Assembly: GCF_006345805.1 (NCBI RefSeq)
Contig: NC_042998.1
Coordinates: 13,392,001-13,456,000, forward strand
Source: Octopus sinensis
Lineage: Eukaryota
Direction of reading: 5' to 3'
Length of the DNA stretch: 64,000 nt
In this document: positions 38,393 through 52,890 of the stretch, piece after piece
Layout: the number at the start of each line of letters is the position of its first letter
Position numbering within the stretch: the first letter of the stretch is position 1
Made by a program: the position numbers and the translations under genes
Notes under the pieces: model-generated
The model's database searches: none
What the model saw: only the letters and a program-made list of their open reading frames with translations
What the model was told of the DNA's origin: nothing

Positions 38393-38575
38393 AGTTAATC
38401 CAAACATGAGAACATAAAGAGAAAACACAGCGACGCGAGGACGTGGAACAAGTATAGTGTTATTGGACGCACAGGGAATGAACGAAAGAAGGAGGATTTA
38501 ACGTCTCGAGCGGAGCTCTTCGTCAGAAACATAGAGAAAGGAAAGGAAGACGGAGAAAAAAAAATCGGCAACGAT
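38393..38575 (-). mobile_element. Short repeat resembling a Penelope-like element terminal repeat, with hammerhead-like motif
   Basis: Aligns along its length with 57095-57292. Contains CTGACGAAGAGCTCCGCTCGAGACGTT and ends TTTGGATTAAC next to TA repeats. Confidence 0.7.
38496..38530 (-). ncRNA. Minimal type I hammerhead ribozyme-like motif (GAGAC variant, probably inactive)
   Basis: GTTT-CTGACGA-A-GAGC-TCC-GCTC-GAGAC-GTT-AAAT; the conserved GAAA is mutated to GAGA. Confidence 0.55.
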
Positions 38576-38584
38576 ATATATATA

Positions 38585-39253
<669 letters not shown>

Positions 39254-39260
39254 TATATAT

Positions 39261-39564
39261 GGAGGCGCAATGGCCCAGTGGTTAGGGCAGAGGACTAGCG
39301 GTCGTAGGATCGCGGTTTCGATTCCCAGACCAGGCGTTGTGAGTGTTTATTGAGCGAAAACACCTAAAGCTCCAAGGGGCTCCGGCAGGGGATGGTGGCG
39401 TTCCCTGCTGTACTCTTTCGCTACAACTGTCTCTCATTCTTTCTTCCTTTGGCCTGCTCGCTTAGCCAGCGGGGTGGCGTCACTTGAAGGCTAAAACAAT
39501 GCGAAGCGCATTGTGACCAGCGATGTGTAGCAACATCTGATAGCCTGGTCGGTCACGGTGATAC
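39261..39564 (+). mobile_element. tRNA-derived SINE, family B, tail type 2
   Basis: Head GGAGGCGCAATGGCCCAGTGGTTAGGGCAG...GGTTTCGATTCCC. Body homologous to 3199-3382; the 3' part differs. Confidence 0.88.
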
Positions 39565-40689
39565 ATATATTTATATATATATATACTGATTCGTTTGATG
39601 AAAACCATGCAAAGAATGTGTGCGTGTGTGTGCGTGCACGCGTCTGTGTGTTCGTACGTATGTGCGATTTGTGTTCTTATGTGGATTTATAATACAAAAA
39701 GTTTTATTTTGAAATAAAAGTTACTCAATACATTTTCACGTGTACTTATTTATTTTGACAAGTTACTTCGATGTTACGACCTGTACTTTTCATTTCATTC
39801 TAGCTGTATATAGTCTCTGGCAAGGTTAAATTTTCATAGGGAATTCAAACTTTCTTGAATAATAAATATATCAGTTGTAGGTTCTGATGGGAAGATATTA
39901 TAGAGGATTTATATTGACTAGTTTTGGATTTATATTCTTGTTCAGAATTCAACGATGCGTGTACAATCTCGGCAGCAGATTTTGGGGTTACTTTTTATGT
40001 GAAGAGGGACGTGAAAATGTCTATAGGCAGGTAAAAAAATTATTTGCTCATCAAAATCCTCACAAGGAGGTTAAGTTTGTTTAGGTTTGTTTGTTATATT
40101 TCGATACTAATGGGGGATGTAACCCGCCTGACTTGGGAGAGTCGCGGCTAATGTTCAAAGTTCAACCTAGCATACACTTCTTATAATGAGGTGTGTTTAT
40201 TCTGGATTGTTTAAGCCATGAGATTTTAATGTTTCAGAAAAAATGTAAGCAAATGGAAAGTAAAGATGATCTGGAGATTTTTTGCGTTTTTGGCATTATA
40301 TAAGTGATTTAACCTACTTCATTTTGGGAATTGTAGACTATTCTTCAGAGGTGAGTAAGACGTTTTCATTAGGTACATTTGTGTCAGCTTTAGTTCAAGG
40401 CTTTTGTTTGCTACAGAAAAGTCTGTTAACATGGCGATTTACAGTTCAAATGTATATAGAGAGGTGCGAAATTGATCATCATAGTATTTGATGACAATTT
40501 ATAAAATTTTAAGTTAAAATGTATCCGGTATTTTTTTAAAGCATGCTAATTATTCTTCTGGGCTTTTGCTGTACCACTAGACTACGGGAATATATACATA
40601 CAAGCACTTGTGGTGCGATCAAATATAGAGGCAAAGACCCGCACGCTTATATATATATATATTACATATGGGTCTTTGCGTCTATGTCT

Positions 40690-40865
40690 GGCCCCCGCCA
40701 CAAATGCATGAGTGATTTTGTCCCTGTAATCCAGTGCTTCAGCAAAAGACCAGTAAAATATGTAGCAGGCTTCAAAAAGCCAGTACTCGGTTCAGTTCCT
40801 TTGACTAAAAGTTCTTCGAGGCTGTACCCCAGCGTGGATGCAGTCTAATGACTGAAGCAAATAAA
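40690..40865 (+). mobile_element. Old SINE 3' fragment related to family A
   Basis: Degenerate match to the family A 3' half (CCCTGTAAT..AGTG.TTC.GCAAAAGA...CCCAGC.TGG..GCAGTCTAATGACTGAA). A similar relic lies at ~57790-57880. Confidence 0.55.
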
Positions 40866-40983
40866 CATTATTCATACTTCTTCCTTTCAGATTCAAGCCT
40901 GGACTTTGGAAATGATGTCATAATATATTACAATTAAATTTAGAAGAATTCAGTGTATTATAACAATGGGTGTATATATTTAT

Positions 40984-41320
40984 TGTGAAGGCGCATGGCT
41001 CAGTGTTTAGAACGTCGAGCTTACGATCGTGAGGCTGTGAGTTGGAATCCCGGACTGGGTTGCGTGTTGTGTTCTTGAGCAAGACACATTATTTCATGTT
41101 GCTCCAGTTCACTCAGCTGTAGAAATGAGTTGTGACGTCACAGGTGCCAAGTTGTATCGACCTTTGCCTTTCTTTTTTATAACACTGGTGGCATGGAGAG
41201 GGGAGGCCGGTATGCATGGACGAATGCTGGTCTTCCATGAAACAACCTTACCCGGATTTGTGCCTGGGAGGGTAACTTTCTAGGTGCAATCCCATGCTCA
41301 GTCATGACCGAAGGGGGTCT
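40984..41320 (+). mobile_element. tRNA-derived SINE, family C
   Basis: GAAGGCGCATGGCTCAGTGTTTAG (A box), GAGTTGGAATCCC (B box), then GTGTTCTTGAGCAAGACAC typical of invertebrate SINE bodies. Confidence 0.82.
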
Positions 41321-42830
41321 ATCAGCACATATTTATAAATCGAGATCAAAACAAATATTAAAAAAATCACTGTCAGTTTAATCCCCAACATCCTTGCGAA
41401 TATATATATATACGTTTGTAATCTATATCTATGCATTTATATTAGAATTTCTTTGTGAGTATTTTGCTTAAAAGTTGGATTACTTTTATTTCTACCGTAC
41501 CTATTTAGTGTAAATCATCAATGGCAGTGCTTAGGTATTTTATAAGGATAGATTCTGGTAGTGGGTTGGGAAATAATATTAGAGTTATTGTCTAGTTCAT
41601 GTTTAGCCATTTAAGAAAACGTTTGTTTTCAATTGTTTTAATGTTTGATGGTTTTGTTTGAAAGAAGTGATGAATTCGGAGGTTAGGTTAGGAATCTGAA
41701 TCCTAAATATGAGAATGAGTATGCGCCACTGGTACAAAGTGGTCATAATTTGTGGTCAACTTGGTATGCATAAGCACACTCACAAATACAAATGTATGTA
41801 TGTTTTCATACAAGCAAGCATGCAGACGTGTATTTACAAAGCTATGTACATACACATGTACATATAAAGTCATGGATTGATACGAATTTATTTAACCTTA
41901 ATGCCATGAATTAATAATTTTTGTTAATTAGGGTCACGGTCTTTAATTCTGAGTGGAGGATGCACATTAAAATTGATATCTATGGTTTTCGATTGGTACA
42001 CTTTTATATTACCTACAAAGGTGATGGTAAATTTGACGTCACATTTATGTTAACACGGATAATGTCATGCAGCAACAACTGCTGCAAGTTACTTTGTGTT
42101 GTTGATATGACTCCACCTATCCACAGCTATTTGCTCCTAAAATCAACTGAACTTAATTCTGTAAGATTGTGTATATAGCTATACACCTAGAACTATTCTG
42201 AAAAATATACACTTCATATTAGAGTATATGAAATGAAATATCTTAATGTAAGTTCACAATATATATGCTATATATTGAATTTAAACGATTCCTGGAGAGA
42301 GATGTTGCTGGATATTAGATAAAAGAGAAAATTTTCACACAACCTCATGTGATGTAGTTTGATTAGGCTTCACAGACGTTTTATTAGTTTTCTGTGTACT
42401 TCGTGACATTCAAATATCGGACACGCTCACTAAAGCAACTGATCCAGACGTAGATAAGGTCCATCTTTTGGCAAGTTACCACTACATCTGTAGACTCGCT
42501 ATCAATTACAGGAACATTCCACATACTGGACATTTAAATGCCCGACAACTGGAATCATTTTCTAGTGACTGACTTAAAAACACCCTCTTTCACAGCTCAT
42601 TGCCCTTACTGCCTTATCCTCTCTAAGCTTATGAATTTTAGCAGTAGAAAAGGTATCTTCTTTTAACGAGAACAACAACAGTCAAGGTGGGAATGATTTC
42701 CTCTCTTACCAGTGGGAGAACAATCCTCGTTGGAACACAAAACCATGGAACATTTGCAGCTCAAAATATCGAACAGTGTATCAAGTGAGTGTAGAAAAGC
42801 AATTTTTATTGATAAGTTTCCTTAACCAAG

Positions 42831-43140
42831 TTATGTGTGAACTGCTTTCCGCCAGAGTCCCATTAGCTTTAGATCAATTGTTCGGCACTGTGTGATCAGT
42901 GGCGGTTTGAATTGTGCATTAGCCTTTGTCCACTGGTGCAGAAGATGGGGTATTGTATCATGTGTGATTTCCGTATCTGTATAGTTCCTTGTGTTCTTTG
43001 AATTTTGTCCCCGAAGTAGTAACCTAAGTCTTAAAATGTCTCTCATTGTTGGAAGTTCTGATACAGGATTCTCTTTCCTTATGCCAGTTACCAAGCTCAA
43101 GCGGGATGATACCTGACTTATAGTCTTCAGCGTTGACATC
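42831..43140 (-). pseudogene. Possible DNA-transposon transposase N-terminal fragment (hAT-like, tentative)
   Basis: SELPTMRDILR..LLR...RNYT...LLHQWTKANAQFKPPLI...RTI..KL.GLW looks like N-termini I recall from invertebrate transposases. There is no catalytic motif and no TIR. Confidence 0.35.
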
Positions 43141-43255
43141 TTGTGAATATCTGAAAAGAGTAAAAATTCATTTGACCAATTCATTTAACCAATTAAATGA
43201 TAATATAAGAGTGATATTTTGAGTCCAATCAGTTTTACATATAAATTTTCAATTA

Positions 43256-43626
43256 TTGCAAAGGAGTAGCCGTGTGGTAAGTAGCTTGCTTACTAACCAC
43301 ACGGTTCCGGGTTCATTCCCACTGCGTGGCAACTTGGCCAAGCCTCTTCTACTATAGCCTCGGGCTGACCAAAGCTGTGTGAGTGGATTTGGTAGAGGGA
43401 AACTAAAAGAAACGTATATATGTACGTATGTGTGCGTATATGATTGTGTGCTTGTATTTGCCCCACCCCCACATCGCTTGACAAAATAGTGGTGAGTTTA
43501 CGTCCCCGTAACTTAGCGGTTCGGTAAATTATACCGATAGAATAAGTACTAGGCTTCCAAAGAATTTTCTCGACTATAGGTGGTGCTCCAGCATGGCCGC
43601 AGTGAAATGACGGAAACAAGTAAAAT
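43256..43626 (+). mobile_element. tRNA-derived SINE, family A
   Basis: Forward copy with head, internal TA/TG tract and tail. Confidence 0.88.
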
Positions 43627-46177
43627 ATAAAGATAAAATATAAGATATTGTTTCAAAACAACGCCATATTGAAAATTTAGGATAAAATTGATGTAGGCTA
43701 CAGTTATAATCCATTTTGATATATATATATATATATAAAGTCTGCGAGTAAAAAAAAACACAATACTTTTACTACCAAATTACATTTTCAGTCAGTTATT
43801 TAAATTGACACACCCTAATATCTATGTTTGTATGTATGTATGCATGTATGTATGCATGTATGTATACATGTATGTATGGATCTCTCTCCCTCTCTCTCTT
43901 TCTCTCACTCTCCCTCTCTCTCTCTTTCTCTTTCTCTCTCTCACTCTCTCTAACGGTTTGCTTGTTGCACTTCCAAGTGCGAGAATGTGGCTTCAATTTG
44001 TAGAGCGTGTGATGCGTTGTATTCTTGAGCTAAACACTTTATCTCACCTTGCTATGCGTAGTGAATTCTAAAACGTTACATTAATAAGTTTCCCATTGCA
44101 AAAACACTTTTAAACGCTGTTCTGAAAACATGCACCATCCCAATACAAACAGGTAAAATACCTCAAATAATACCAACTTGCTGACAAACTAAAACTTGGC
44201 ACCTACTTGAATTCTTTAAAAACTCATTCCTGAAAAGCAGACATGCTTAGTGAACAAATGTAATTACAAATTTAAAAAAACCGGACTGAAATCTGACATT
44301 GAACACTCACATTCTGAAAACAAAATTTTACATATTCCATAAATATCCAAAATGGAACCAACAACAACTAAACCAAGTCACATACTTGCTTCCCAATGTC
44401 ATAACTACACTTTTTGCGAATGCCCATGGCATAAAGATGACACATCTAAATATACACACATAATTACAAAGATTTACTTGCAAGTATAATTTCTTAGAAA
44501 TATCTTATGCCCAAATTTAATTTCCATAATAAATTTTCATCATATTTTGCAATACAAAACTAGATGTCATTAAAGAAAATTCAGTTTAAATTTTTAAAGC
44601 TATGACGTAAAAGTGACTATATAAAACCAAGTTGAACTCTAATGCGTCACAGTCCGATGATGGCTTAGCTGAACGAAACCACGAAGGGAATATACTATTC
44701 TTGTTACAGAACAATAAATTTGTACTCAAATAGATATATTGGTAATCCTTTTATTAAAATTAAAACAAACGTCAGTGTGTGCATGTGTGTTTGTGTGCGA
44801 CTGTGTGTATCTGTGTGTGTGCGTGCGTGTACATACGTCAGTATATGAGCCTCAGTCCGTGTTTGTATATACTTAGATAAACTTAGATATGTTTCGACCA
44901 AAGATTGGTCCAGGCCATGTCTAACTTAATAGCACCTAATGATTAATAATTGAAATTTATGTTTTTTTCCGACTGACACTGAGTATCTCTCCGGCACAAT
45001 ACAGGTGAAACAAGGTATCCCTATCGAAATGTTTTCTTAAGTAGGACTTGTTTGAAGGTTTCACACGTACATGTTTGAATGTACTTCTGAAATGATTTCC
45101 TATGAATAATATTTATATTTAAATATCTTGCATTTCTTTGGCACCAGAACTATTAGATTAATATACAAATGTATCTGGATTTATCGATATATAGCCATAT
45201 AAATTTATGATTGCCGAACTAATTAAAATTGAATGCAGAATCGATATTAATATATGAAATTATTTGTACTGTTTATGCTATATAATTAGTTTCATGGCCG
45301 TTTATCCCTTAGATATCTTTATAATTTAATTATTAGCAGGAACAATAGCAGCATGGAAAGCACAGTTTAAAACAAAATTCTTGCAATTTATGCGGGAAAA
45401 TCTTTGAATATATGTGAGCGTATATATTTATGACAGCATATATATATATATATGTGGGGGGTGCGTGTGTATGTCTATGTGTATGTGTTTATACATGTGA
45501 GTGTATATATTTCTAACACTATTTGTGTATCTATAGATATATCTCTCTTCACTTATCTTTCTCTCACAACATTTTCTTCCATGTATATGTGTGTGTGTGC
45601 GGTTTGTTTGAATGTGCATGGAGACAGAAACTAAATAGGAGGAAAGGGATTCATATTCCAATAGGAAAGTAACGCTTTGTTATTTTAAATGTAAGGAAGA
45701 AAAATTTACTGACAACATCAATCCTGAAATGATTTTATAGCTTCAGCTAGAATAACGATTACGTATACATACAAAGACTGAATGAGTACGAAGGAAAGCA
45801 TTTTATTTTCTGCTGGCATTAGTTGCGTAAAGATACTGACATTCATTGGTATGTAGAAAATGCAAAGACCTTTCTGTAGATACAATTGCACTATTTCCAT
45901 GTAATATGTATTGAATGGAGACCATATTTCCTTAAAGGAAGAAATAAACCACACAAGAACGCAAAGTCACTGAGTTAGCTAAGGTACTTTTAGATTATCA
46001 TCATTAAGTTTAATAGAAAAGCTGTCAAATTCCTTCATTTGAAATACAACACCTGAGCAGAAAGCGAATTGTTGATGAATTGCGATACACAGATGTAAAT
46101 GTGTTACGAAGTTGTATGTATTCAGTTAAAAGTAAATACGTATACAACACCCCCACACGCACACATATATATATGTA

Positions 46178-46345
46178 CAGGGTGATTCAAAAGTCTCCAT
46201 ACATAGGAAAGATCTATTATTTTATAAGAAACAGTTTATAAGATCCCCCTAGATCCCCTGATCTGACCCCTCTTGTTTTCCATCTTTGGGGGCAGTTGAA
46301 AGGCATGGAGTATCGCGGAACAATAAAAGACATAAATGATTACAA
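46178..46345 (+). mobile_element. Tc1/mariner (maT/DD37D-like) deletion derivative
   Basis: A TA|CAGGGTGATTCAAAAGT TIR is followed within 70 bp by PPRSPDLTPLVFHLWGQLKGMEY, the PRSPDL.P.DF.LWG.LK motif. No right TIR is seen. Confidence 0.75.
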
Positions 46346-49300
46346 GGAACGGGCGTGTATACAAACACGTGCACACATACACAAATATAGGCCCCGCAGA
46401 ACTAAACTCATCTGGTAATGCGGTGATAAGTAATGAGGCACATTCATGATGGCTACAAGATTTTAGGCCACCGTTGTTCCACGGAGCTCACGCCATGTTA
46501 TTCCCATTTACTCTACTAAAATTTGATGACGCTAGTTGAGATTTTACGGATGGTACAGCTGAGAAGACATGCGTCAGTTGTTAAAGACCGTGTCGTTCAG
46601 TATGGTGCAACCACGACGAAGGATTATATACCAGGATTCTTGGCTGCCAGTATCTTGACTTTGGGGAAAATGGCATAACTCTGGGTCGAACGATGAGATA
46701 ATCCGCTCTTCCTGCAGCCGGAAACTATAAGTTGGTTAAGTAGGTGTAGTTTTCTGCGGATATTGAGTCGATAATTGAGAGTTCCATGTAGGTAAGGAGG
46801 GACCCTTACTTACAAGCCATAACCTTTAATGTTGGGCAAGTTCCGACGGTCACGGTGTCCCTCGATGAAAGTGCTGTTGAAGGAAACAGATTTTTGTCCC
46901 CTCGCTACATCTGAAGGTTTGCATATGCTGTATATACATTACCTTGATTTCACTTATAGTGTCTTGTTCCGTCATCGGAATTTGAGATGGCGGCTTGTAT
47001 AGATCTCAGACCTTGAGAAGCAGAATGCTTAAACTAGGCATTTCAAAGGGTATACCCCCCCCCACACACAGACACACAGACAAGCACAGACAAAACGCAT
47101 ATTCACGCGCACACACACACACACACTCACTCACACGCACAAATGCGCTCACACACTCCTAGATAGATAGACAGATAAATATGTATATATATATATTTGT
47201 ATGTATATGTTTCGGTATATATCAGAAGTGTATATAAATATATACATAGATATATATATATCTATATAAGTGTGTGTATGTATGTATATATATATTTATA
47301 TATATATATATATACCTGCTTTTAAATTTGTCACCATCTACAAACAACTTGAGAGTAATATTCAATGCTTAATAATTGAAATTCTAAAATATTTTAGAAC
47401 GCATTATTTCAGAACCACGTGATAGAATTGATAATGATTTTTCTCAGTTTTCCTGTCCGAACTAATTGAGCAAAATAAATATGGTGTATAATTTGTAACC
47501 ACATAATAAATCTTTGCAACACACCTTACAAGTTTGTACTAATTTTAAATGCACCTGTATTTATATAACACTATATTTCCAATATAACTTTGAAATATTG
47601 CACATGATATCCGTTTATAAACATGCAAGATCAAACGGTATTTCATAGCGAATTATGACGGTGATGTTATTATTAACTCAATAACAATTTGTTGGACGCA
47701 GTTTATCACCAGCAGCGACATTACTTATTTGTTAGAATGTATAATAGATTGTTACTTATCGCAGTATATGTCAAAGTAAATATTTATGTAAGTGATTACC
47801 ATCAGTGAAGTTATGAATTATTTCAATTTCACTATTTCTGTAACTCATTATTCGTTCAAACCCTAGTTAAACTAAACTTCTGTATTTGTATTATTAAATA
47901 TGGTAATAATCACCATGAACCTCGTGATAACTACTGTAAATTCAGAGATGCAGAAGGTTTCGAGTAATTATAAATAAATATCATTGATAGCAATAATATT
48001 CGCTGGAGAAAGTGTAAGAAATTGCTCCATAAATTTATGTAGTTAAAATTTCCAGGAATATTTCTCGCTTGGTCACTCGATATATATAAATGTGCTGTCT
48101 AAGATATTTCAATACATCTACATTTTCATAATCATTCTTACTAGTAGAATACTAGGCACATGTCTTGGCTTTTAGATTTTTTTCTTCAATAATTAAGAAA
48201 GAATATTAACTTATGTAAAATAATGCGCTCCCTATTCGAGAAAAGGTATTAAAAATATTGTAATTCACATATGTGATATATGCATGCTCCCAGTGAATTT
48301 TTTAAGGAGATACACACAACAAAAGGAATGATATTTCTATGTACACAAAGTGATAAATATCAATGCAAACAAATACATAATGTATACAAACAGATATAAG
48401 CGTAGCTGTATGTGTGTATAAAAGGAGTGTTATGCTTTAAAGGAATATTCCGTATTTATCACGGATAGAGATAAATTATGTATCGTTTGGTCACAGCAGC
48501 AAGATCAGTGATGCATAGTTTTCCGGCATAGCTCAGATTTCCGCGGAAGACGAAGCTTATTTTCAAACTCGAAATTGATTCGAAACAGTTGTCACAGAAC
48601 ATGCTCTGTTGCGTAACAAGTGATCTGTTGCATGCCTTAAACCATGCATTTGAATAAACCCACGAAAGTAAAATAGATACAATTATCTGACATGCTTGCT
48701 AACTTTATATGTAGACTTTTTTACATCATCCTGAAATTCTTGAAGGAATCGCTTATTCCACTGGGACGGCTCGTGAATTTTTTATCTTCGAGGCCATACC
48801 TGTGACTGTAAGGATTTTTTATATTGTTGACTTCAGTGTATTTATTATGATATATAACTGCTTATAAGATTCAATATTTCTATATTACTTAAAATATTGT
48901 GTTCAGAGCAAAGCCTTTGAACAATTCGAGGAATATAGTAAAAGCGATTTATTAAACATGGACTAATATTTTGAGGTAATTTTGAGTAAACACTCCGAAT
49001 GTTCTTCATCAAGATGTTTGATTGTTCACTTTAAATTAATCTTTCTCAAAAAGATATGGTATTTTACCTACTTCAGCAAAACATTCTGTTGTTACGTGCA
49101 ATAGCAGAGAATCGTCAAGAATAATTGACAAATCCGGGGGCCACATTAAATAGTCATGCCGCGAGTTGGAAATTGAAAAGAAACATTAAGGATGTTCAAA
49201 TATTTGTGTCAATATTAGTGAAATTAGCGATTACCTAAATGTCATAACAATAAACGGAATGGACCCAATGGAGATAAAAATAATCAATGTGCTAATACTG

Positions 49301-51325
49301 AAGAAATGAGGACAGACTTTAAGAATATTAATGGCGAGAGTAAATTGTTTACGTTGTCTTTTCTTGAAAACATATCGTGTAAGGTTAACACAATGAAGGT
49401 GAGGTGAACACTTTGGCGGTAGCAAGCAAGCAGCGGGAAGTTTTGAGAAAATACAGGAATGATATATTCGACAAAAACGTGCGTTTGTGATTCAAAGCTG
49501 GTGAGAATATAGACACACTATTTGTATGGACATTTAGATATGCAGGTCATCGTGGGATACATAAAAAAATGTACTCTTTGTAGAGCTCTTAATTCTTTAA
49601 ACAATTATCTAGGCTATAAAGGTCTTTGGGAATAGGATTTTTTTCTTTTTTTACCTTTTAATCATCGTCATTTAGCTTGTTTCAAATGAATGAGATACAA
49701 GATTTATGGGTCTTGGTATCTATGACAATCAGATTTTTCAATTGCTTAGTACCATGGAATTATGATTATGTTGTGAGAAAATAGATATAATATTATTCTC
49801 GTATGTATATTTTTGGTGGGCGAGAATGATTAATGAGCAACATCGATTTTGGAAAACGACGTTGTGTTCCACTTAGTTTGAGACCGTATGTGTATCTGGT
49901 GTTGCTTTGGGGATATATAATTGAAATATACTACAAAAGTTCCATACGTTATATATCAGTAATATAATATTATATTGAGTACTTCAAAGAGTTCTAAAAT
50001 ATTTTGTAGGTCGCTCTCAGCATTGCCATGATTCATTCTTTGTCTGACCTATTGGGAAATGCGTGATGTGTTAATGCATATTCCCGTTTGGTGTCTCATC
50101 TCATCTGTTTGATACTTTGGTTTCTTGCTCTATATTTCCGCGCAATACTTACTGAAGACGCTTATTTTTACATTTTTTTATTCTCACAAGTGCCTCCAGA
50201 GACTGATATGAGTATATATTTTGAATACGTTGTTCTATGTGATGAATCATTTATATTGTATATAACATTTCCATCTCGTCTATCTTCATAAGGTATTTTT
50301 TTTTTCTTTTAGATGTTTGTTTCCTCATATTTTTCACTTTCTCTATAAGGTAGTTTTTTTTCTTCTATTATATTTATATTTGATTTATATCCCGCTTCTG
50401 TTGCTACTGCTAAATATACTTAGTATATTATTATATTACACATACCAATTAACATTTGTTGCTATGGAGAATATTTCTTGCAACACATGGTAAAACGTGT
50501 TTATTATTTTCAACTGATGTTTCAATATTTGAAGCACTAAAGCGTTTCCCTAGTTACATATGCACTATTTCCGTTGTGATCAGTTCTCTGTATTATAGCG
50601 CTTACACTTCCGGCACGATTGCTGACATTCTTTATTGTTGCCTGAGTTCTTTCCTTAAATGGATGATATTTGAAGATATTTCTCTTTTCTCAATAGAATA
50701 TATAAGAGTTATTTTTTTTAAAGAGCCTTACAATATTTTTTCTCTACTTTCTTCTTTTACTTTCAGGAAATAATAAGAATGCCATATTTGTTACTGTGCT
50801 ATTTTTATATGTACAAATTTAACGGATTTCTATTCACTCTTGAATTCTACAAATTCAATAACTGACTGAATTAACACTAACTGAATTTAGTGCAACGACT
50901 TAGTAGGAATAAAGTAAATTCAAATGTTATAGTTATCATTATCAACACATTTTATCAGCGGTGTGGTCTCTTTAAAACTGAATGTAGCATCGTGTGCCTT
51001 GTTTCGTGCAACTTCTATTTGTGTTTGAAGTATTTATATCATAAATTTAAAATAAGTTACGAATATGAATAGTTTTTCTTAACGGTATATACTATATAAG
51101 AGTGTGTGGAATTTCTGACCCTTTTGGTATTTATCTGTCTTTATATATTTCCATTTTACCAAATTACTAATTAATATGCTGTTTTCAATATTGATACGGT
51201 GTTTACTTCCAGTGTCTATATGTCTATATCTCATAACATGCTCATCCTTTTAGAGACAGACGTATTATACATGGGAATTGTAAGTTATGACTATTTTCAG
51301 TATTGATATATTTCAGAATCTTTCG

Positions 51326-51374
<49 letters not shown>

Positions 51375-51377
<3 letters not shown>

Positions 51378-51958
51378 TATTATATAGAAGGAGCTTCTAC
51401 AGGACTAGAACTGTTTCATTCAAGAGAAATCTTCAGAAGCTAGTTAACAAGAATTGTATTGGCATTTATACATTTAGGCAGGTTTAAAGGGGTGTTGGTG
51501 GGGACTTTTTGGGGGTAGGCATAGCGCAAAAAATCATACTTGGGGGAGTGGTCAAGGAGTCAGTGTTAAATTAGATAGGAGAATAAATAAAAATAAAAAA
51601 TAAAAATAATAAAAAAAAAATAAAAATTATTTTTTATTTTTTATTTTTTATTTTTTATTTTTTATTTTTTATTTTTTTATTTATTCTCCTATCTAATTTA
51701 ACTGACTCCTTGACCACTCCCCCAAGTATGATTTTTTGCGCTATGCCTACCCCCAAAAGTCCCCCACCAACACCCCTTTAACCTCCTAAATGTATAAATG
51801 CCAATACAATTCTTGTTAACTAGCTTCCTGAAGATTTCTCTTGAATGAAACAGTTCTAGTCCTGTAGAAGCTCTTTCTATATAATAAATTAATTTTACTC
51901 TGCTATGTATTGAGTACCTTATTTACTGTGGTTAACCCCGAATCAACCCGGGACCTAC

Positions 51959-51960
<2 letters not shown>
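51375..51960. mobile_element. Penelope-like terminal repeat present as a ~250-bp inverted duplication
   Basis: Arms ~51375-51625 and ~51630-51889 are near-perfect reverse complements around an A/T-rich centre. The right arm continues ~70 bp and ends at TA repeats. Carries a hammerhead motif. Confidence 0.7.
51822..51872 (+). ncRNA. Type I hammerhead ribozyme-like motif
   Basis: Stem I AGCTTC/GAAGCT (6 bp), core CTGAAGA, stem II TTC/GAA with a TCTT loop, GAAA, stem III ACAG/CTGT, predicted GTA cleavage after 51866. The stem II base has an atypical T-T pair. Confidence 0.65.
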
Positions 51961-51993
<33 letters not shown>

Positions 51994-52484
51994 CATCTGT
52001 GTGTGTGAGTGTGTGTGTGTGCGTCAGAGATTTTTGTGAGAGGGGTTAATACATGCCATGCAAAGAGCCCTAGTGTAATATGCCGTGTTTCTTTAAACAC
52101 TATGTTCTGAAAGTTATACTGCAGTTGCGTGATATCATAGTGCAACAACTAAAACGAAAATGTATTGAATTTTATATCAATTTCTATCCTTGGTACAATG
52201 TAACAAACGTAGTGGAATATAAAGATGACGTATGTGGCACCTCAGTATGTCGTGGTTCACATTGTTATAAAGGGATGGAGAAAAAAGGGCAAATTTTATC
52301 AAAGTGAGATTGCAAATATACTATCTTCAAGTATATCATCTTCAAATCAGCAGTTAAAACTCAGATTTTCCGTTTCTGCATTTATTTCATACGAATTTAG
52401 TGTATCATTGGTATGCAAGTTATAGCCCAATTTTAAATGCTCGGTACGTGCATTAACACATACTATTATTCAATATATATTTAT

Positions 52485-52890
52485 AGGAGTGGCTGTGTGG
52501 TAAGTAGCTTGCTAACCAACCACATTGTTCCGGGTACAGTCCCACTGCGTGGCATCTTGGGCAGTGTCTTCTACTATGGCCCCGGGCCGACCAATGCCTT
52601 GTGAGTGGATGGTAGACGGAAACTGAAAGAAGCCTGTCGTATATATGTATATATATATATATGTGTGTGTGATTGTGTGTTTGTGTTTGTCCCCCTAGCA
52701 TTGCTTGACAACCGATGCTGGTGTGTTTACGTGCCCGTCACTTAGCGGTTCGGCAAAAGAGACCGATAGAATAAGTACTGGGCTTACAAAGAATAAGTCC
52801 CGGGGTCAATTTGCTCGACTAAAGGCGGTGCTCCAGCATGGCCGCAGTCAAATGACTGAAACATGTAAAAGAGTAAAAGAGTAAAAGAGT
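52485..52890 (+). mobile_element. tRNA-derived SINE, family A
   Basis: Full forward copy ending in (GTAAAAGA)3. Confidence 0.92.

Noticed and set aside
42330-42640. Possible decayed APE endonuclease (TGHLNA resembling GDFNA)
   Set aside because: A single weak motif; not supportable without a search.
46810-46926. Candidate minus-strand exon (ICKPSDVARGQKSVSFNSTFIEGHRDRRNLPNIKGYG) between TACAG and GTAAGT
   Set aside because: The splice signals alone are weak evidence, and there is no homology or partner exon.
48450-49430. Short open frames with hydrophobic stretches and splice-like motifs
   Set aside because: Plausible on both strands with no identifiable protein family; needs RNA-seq.
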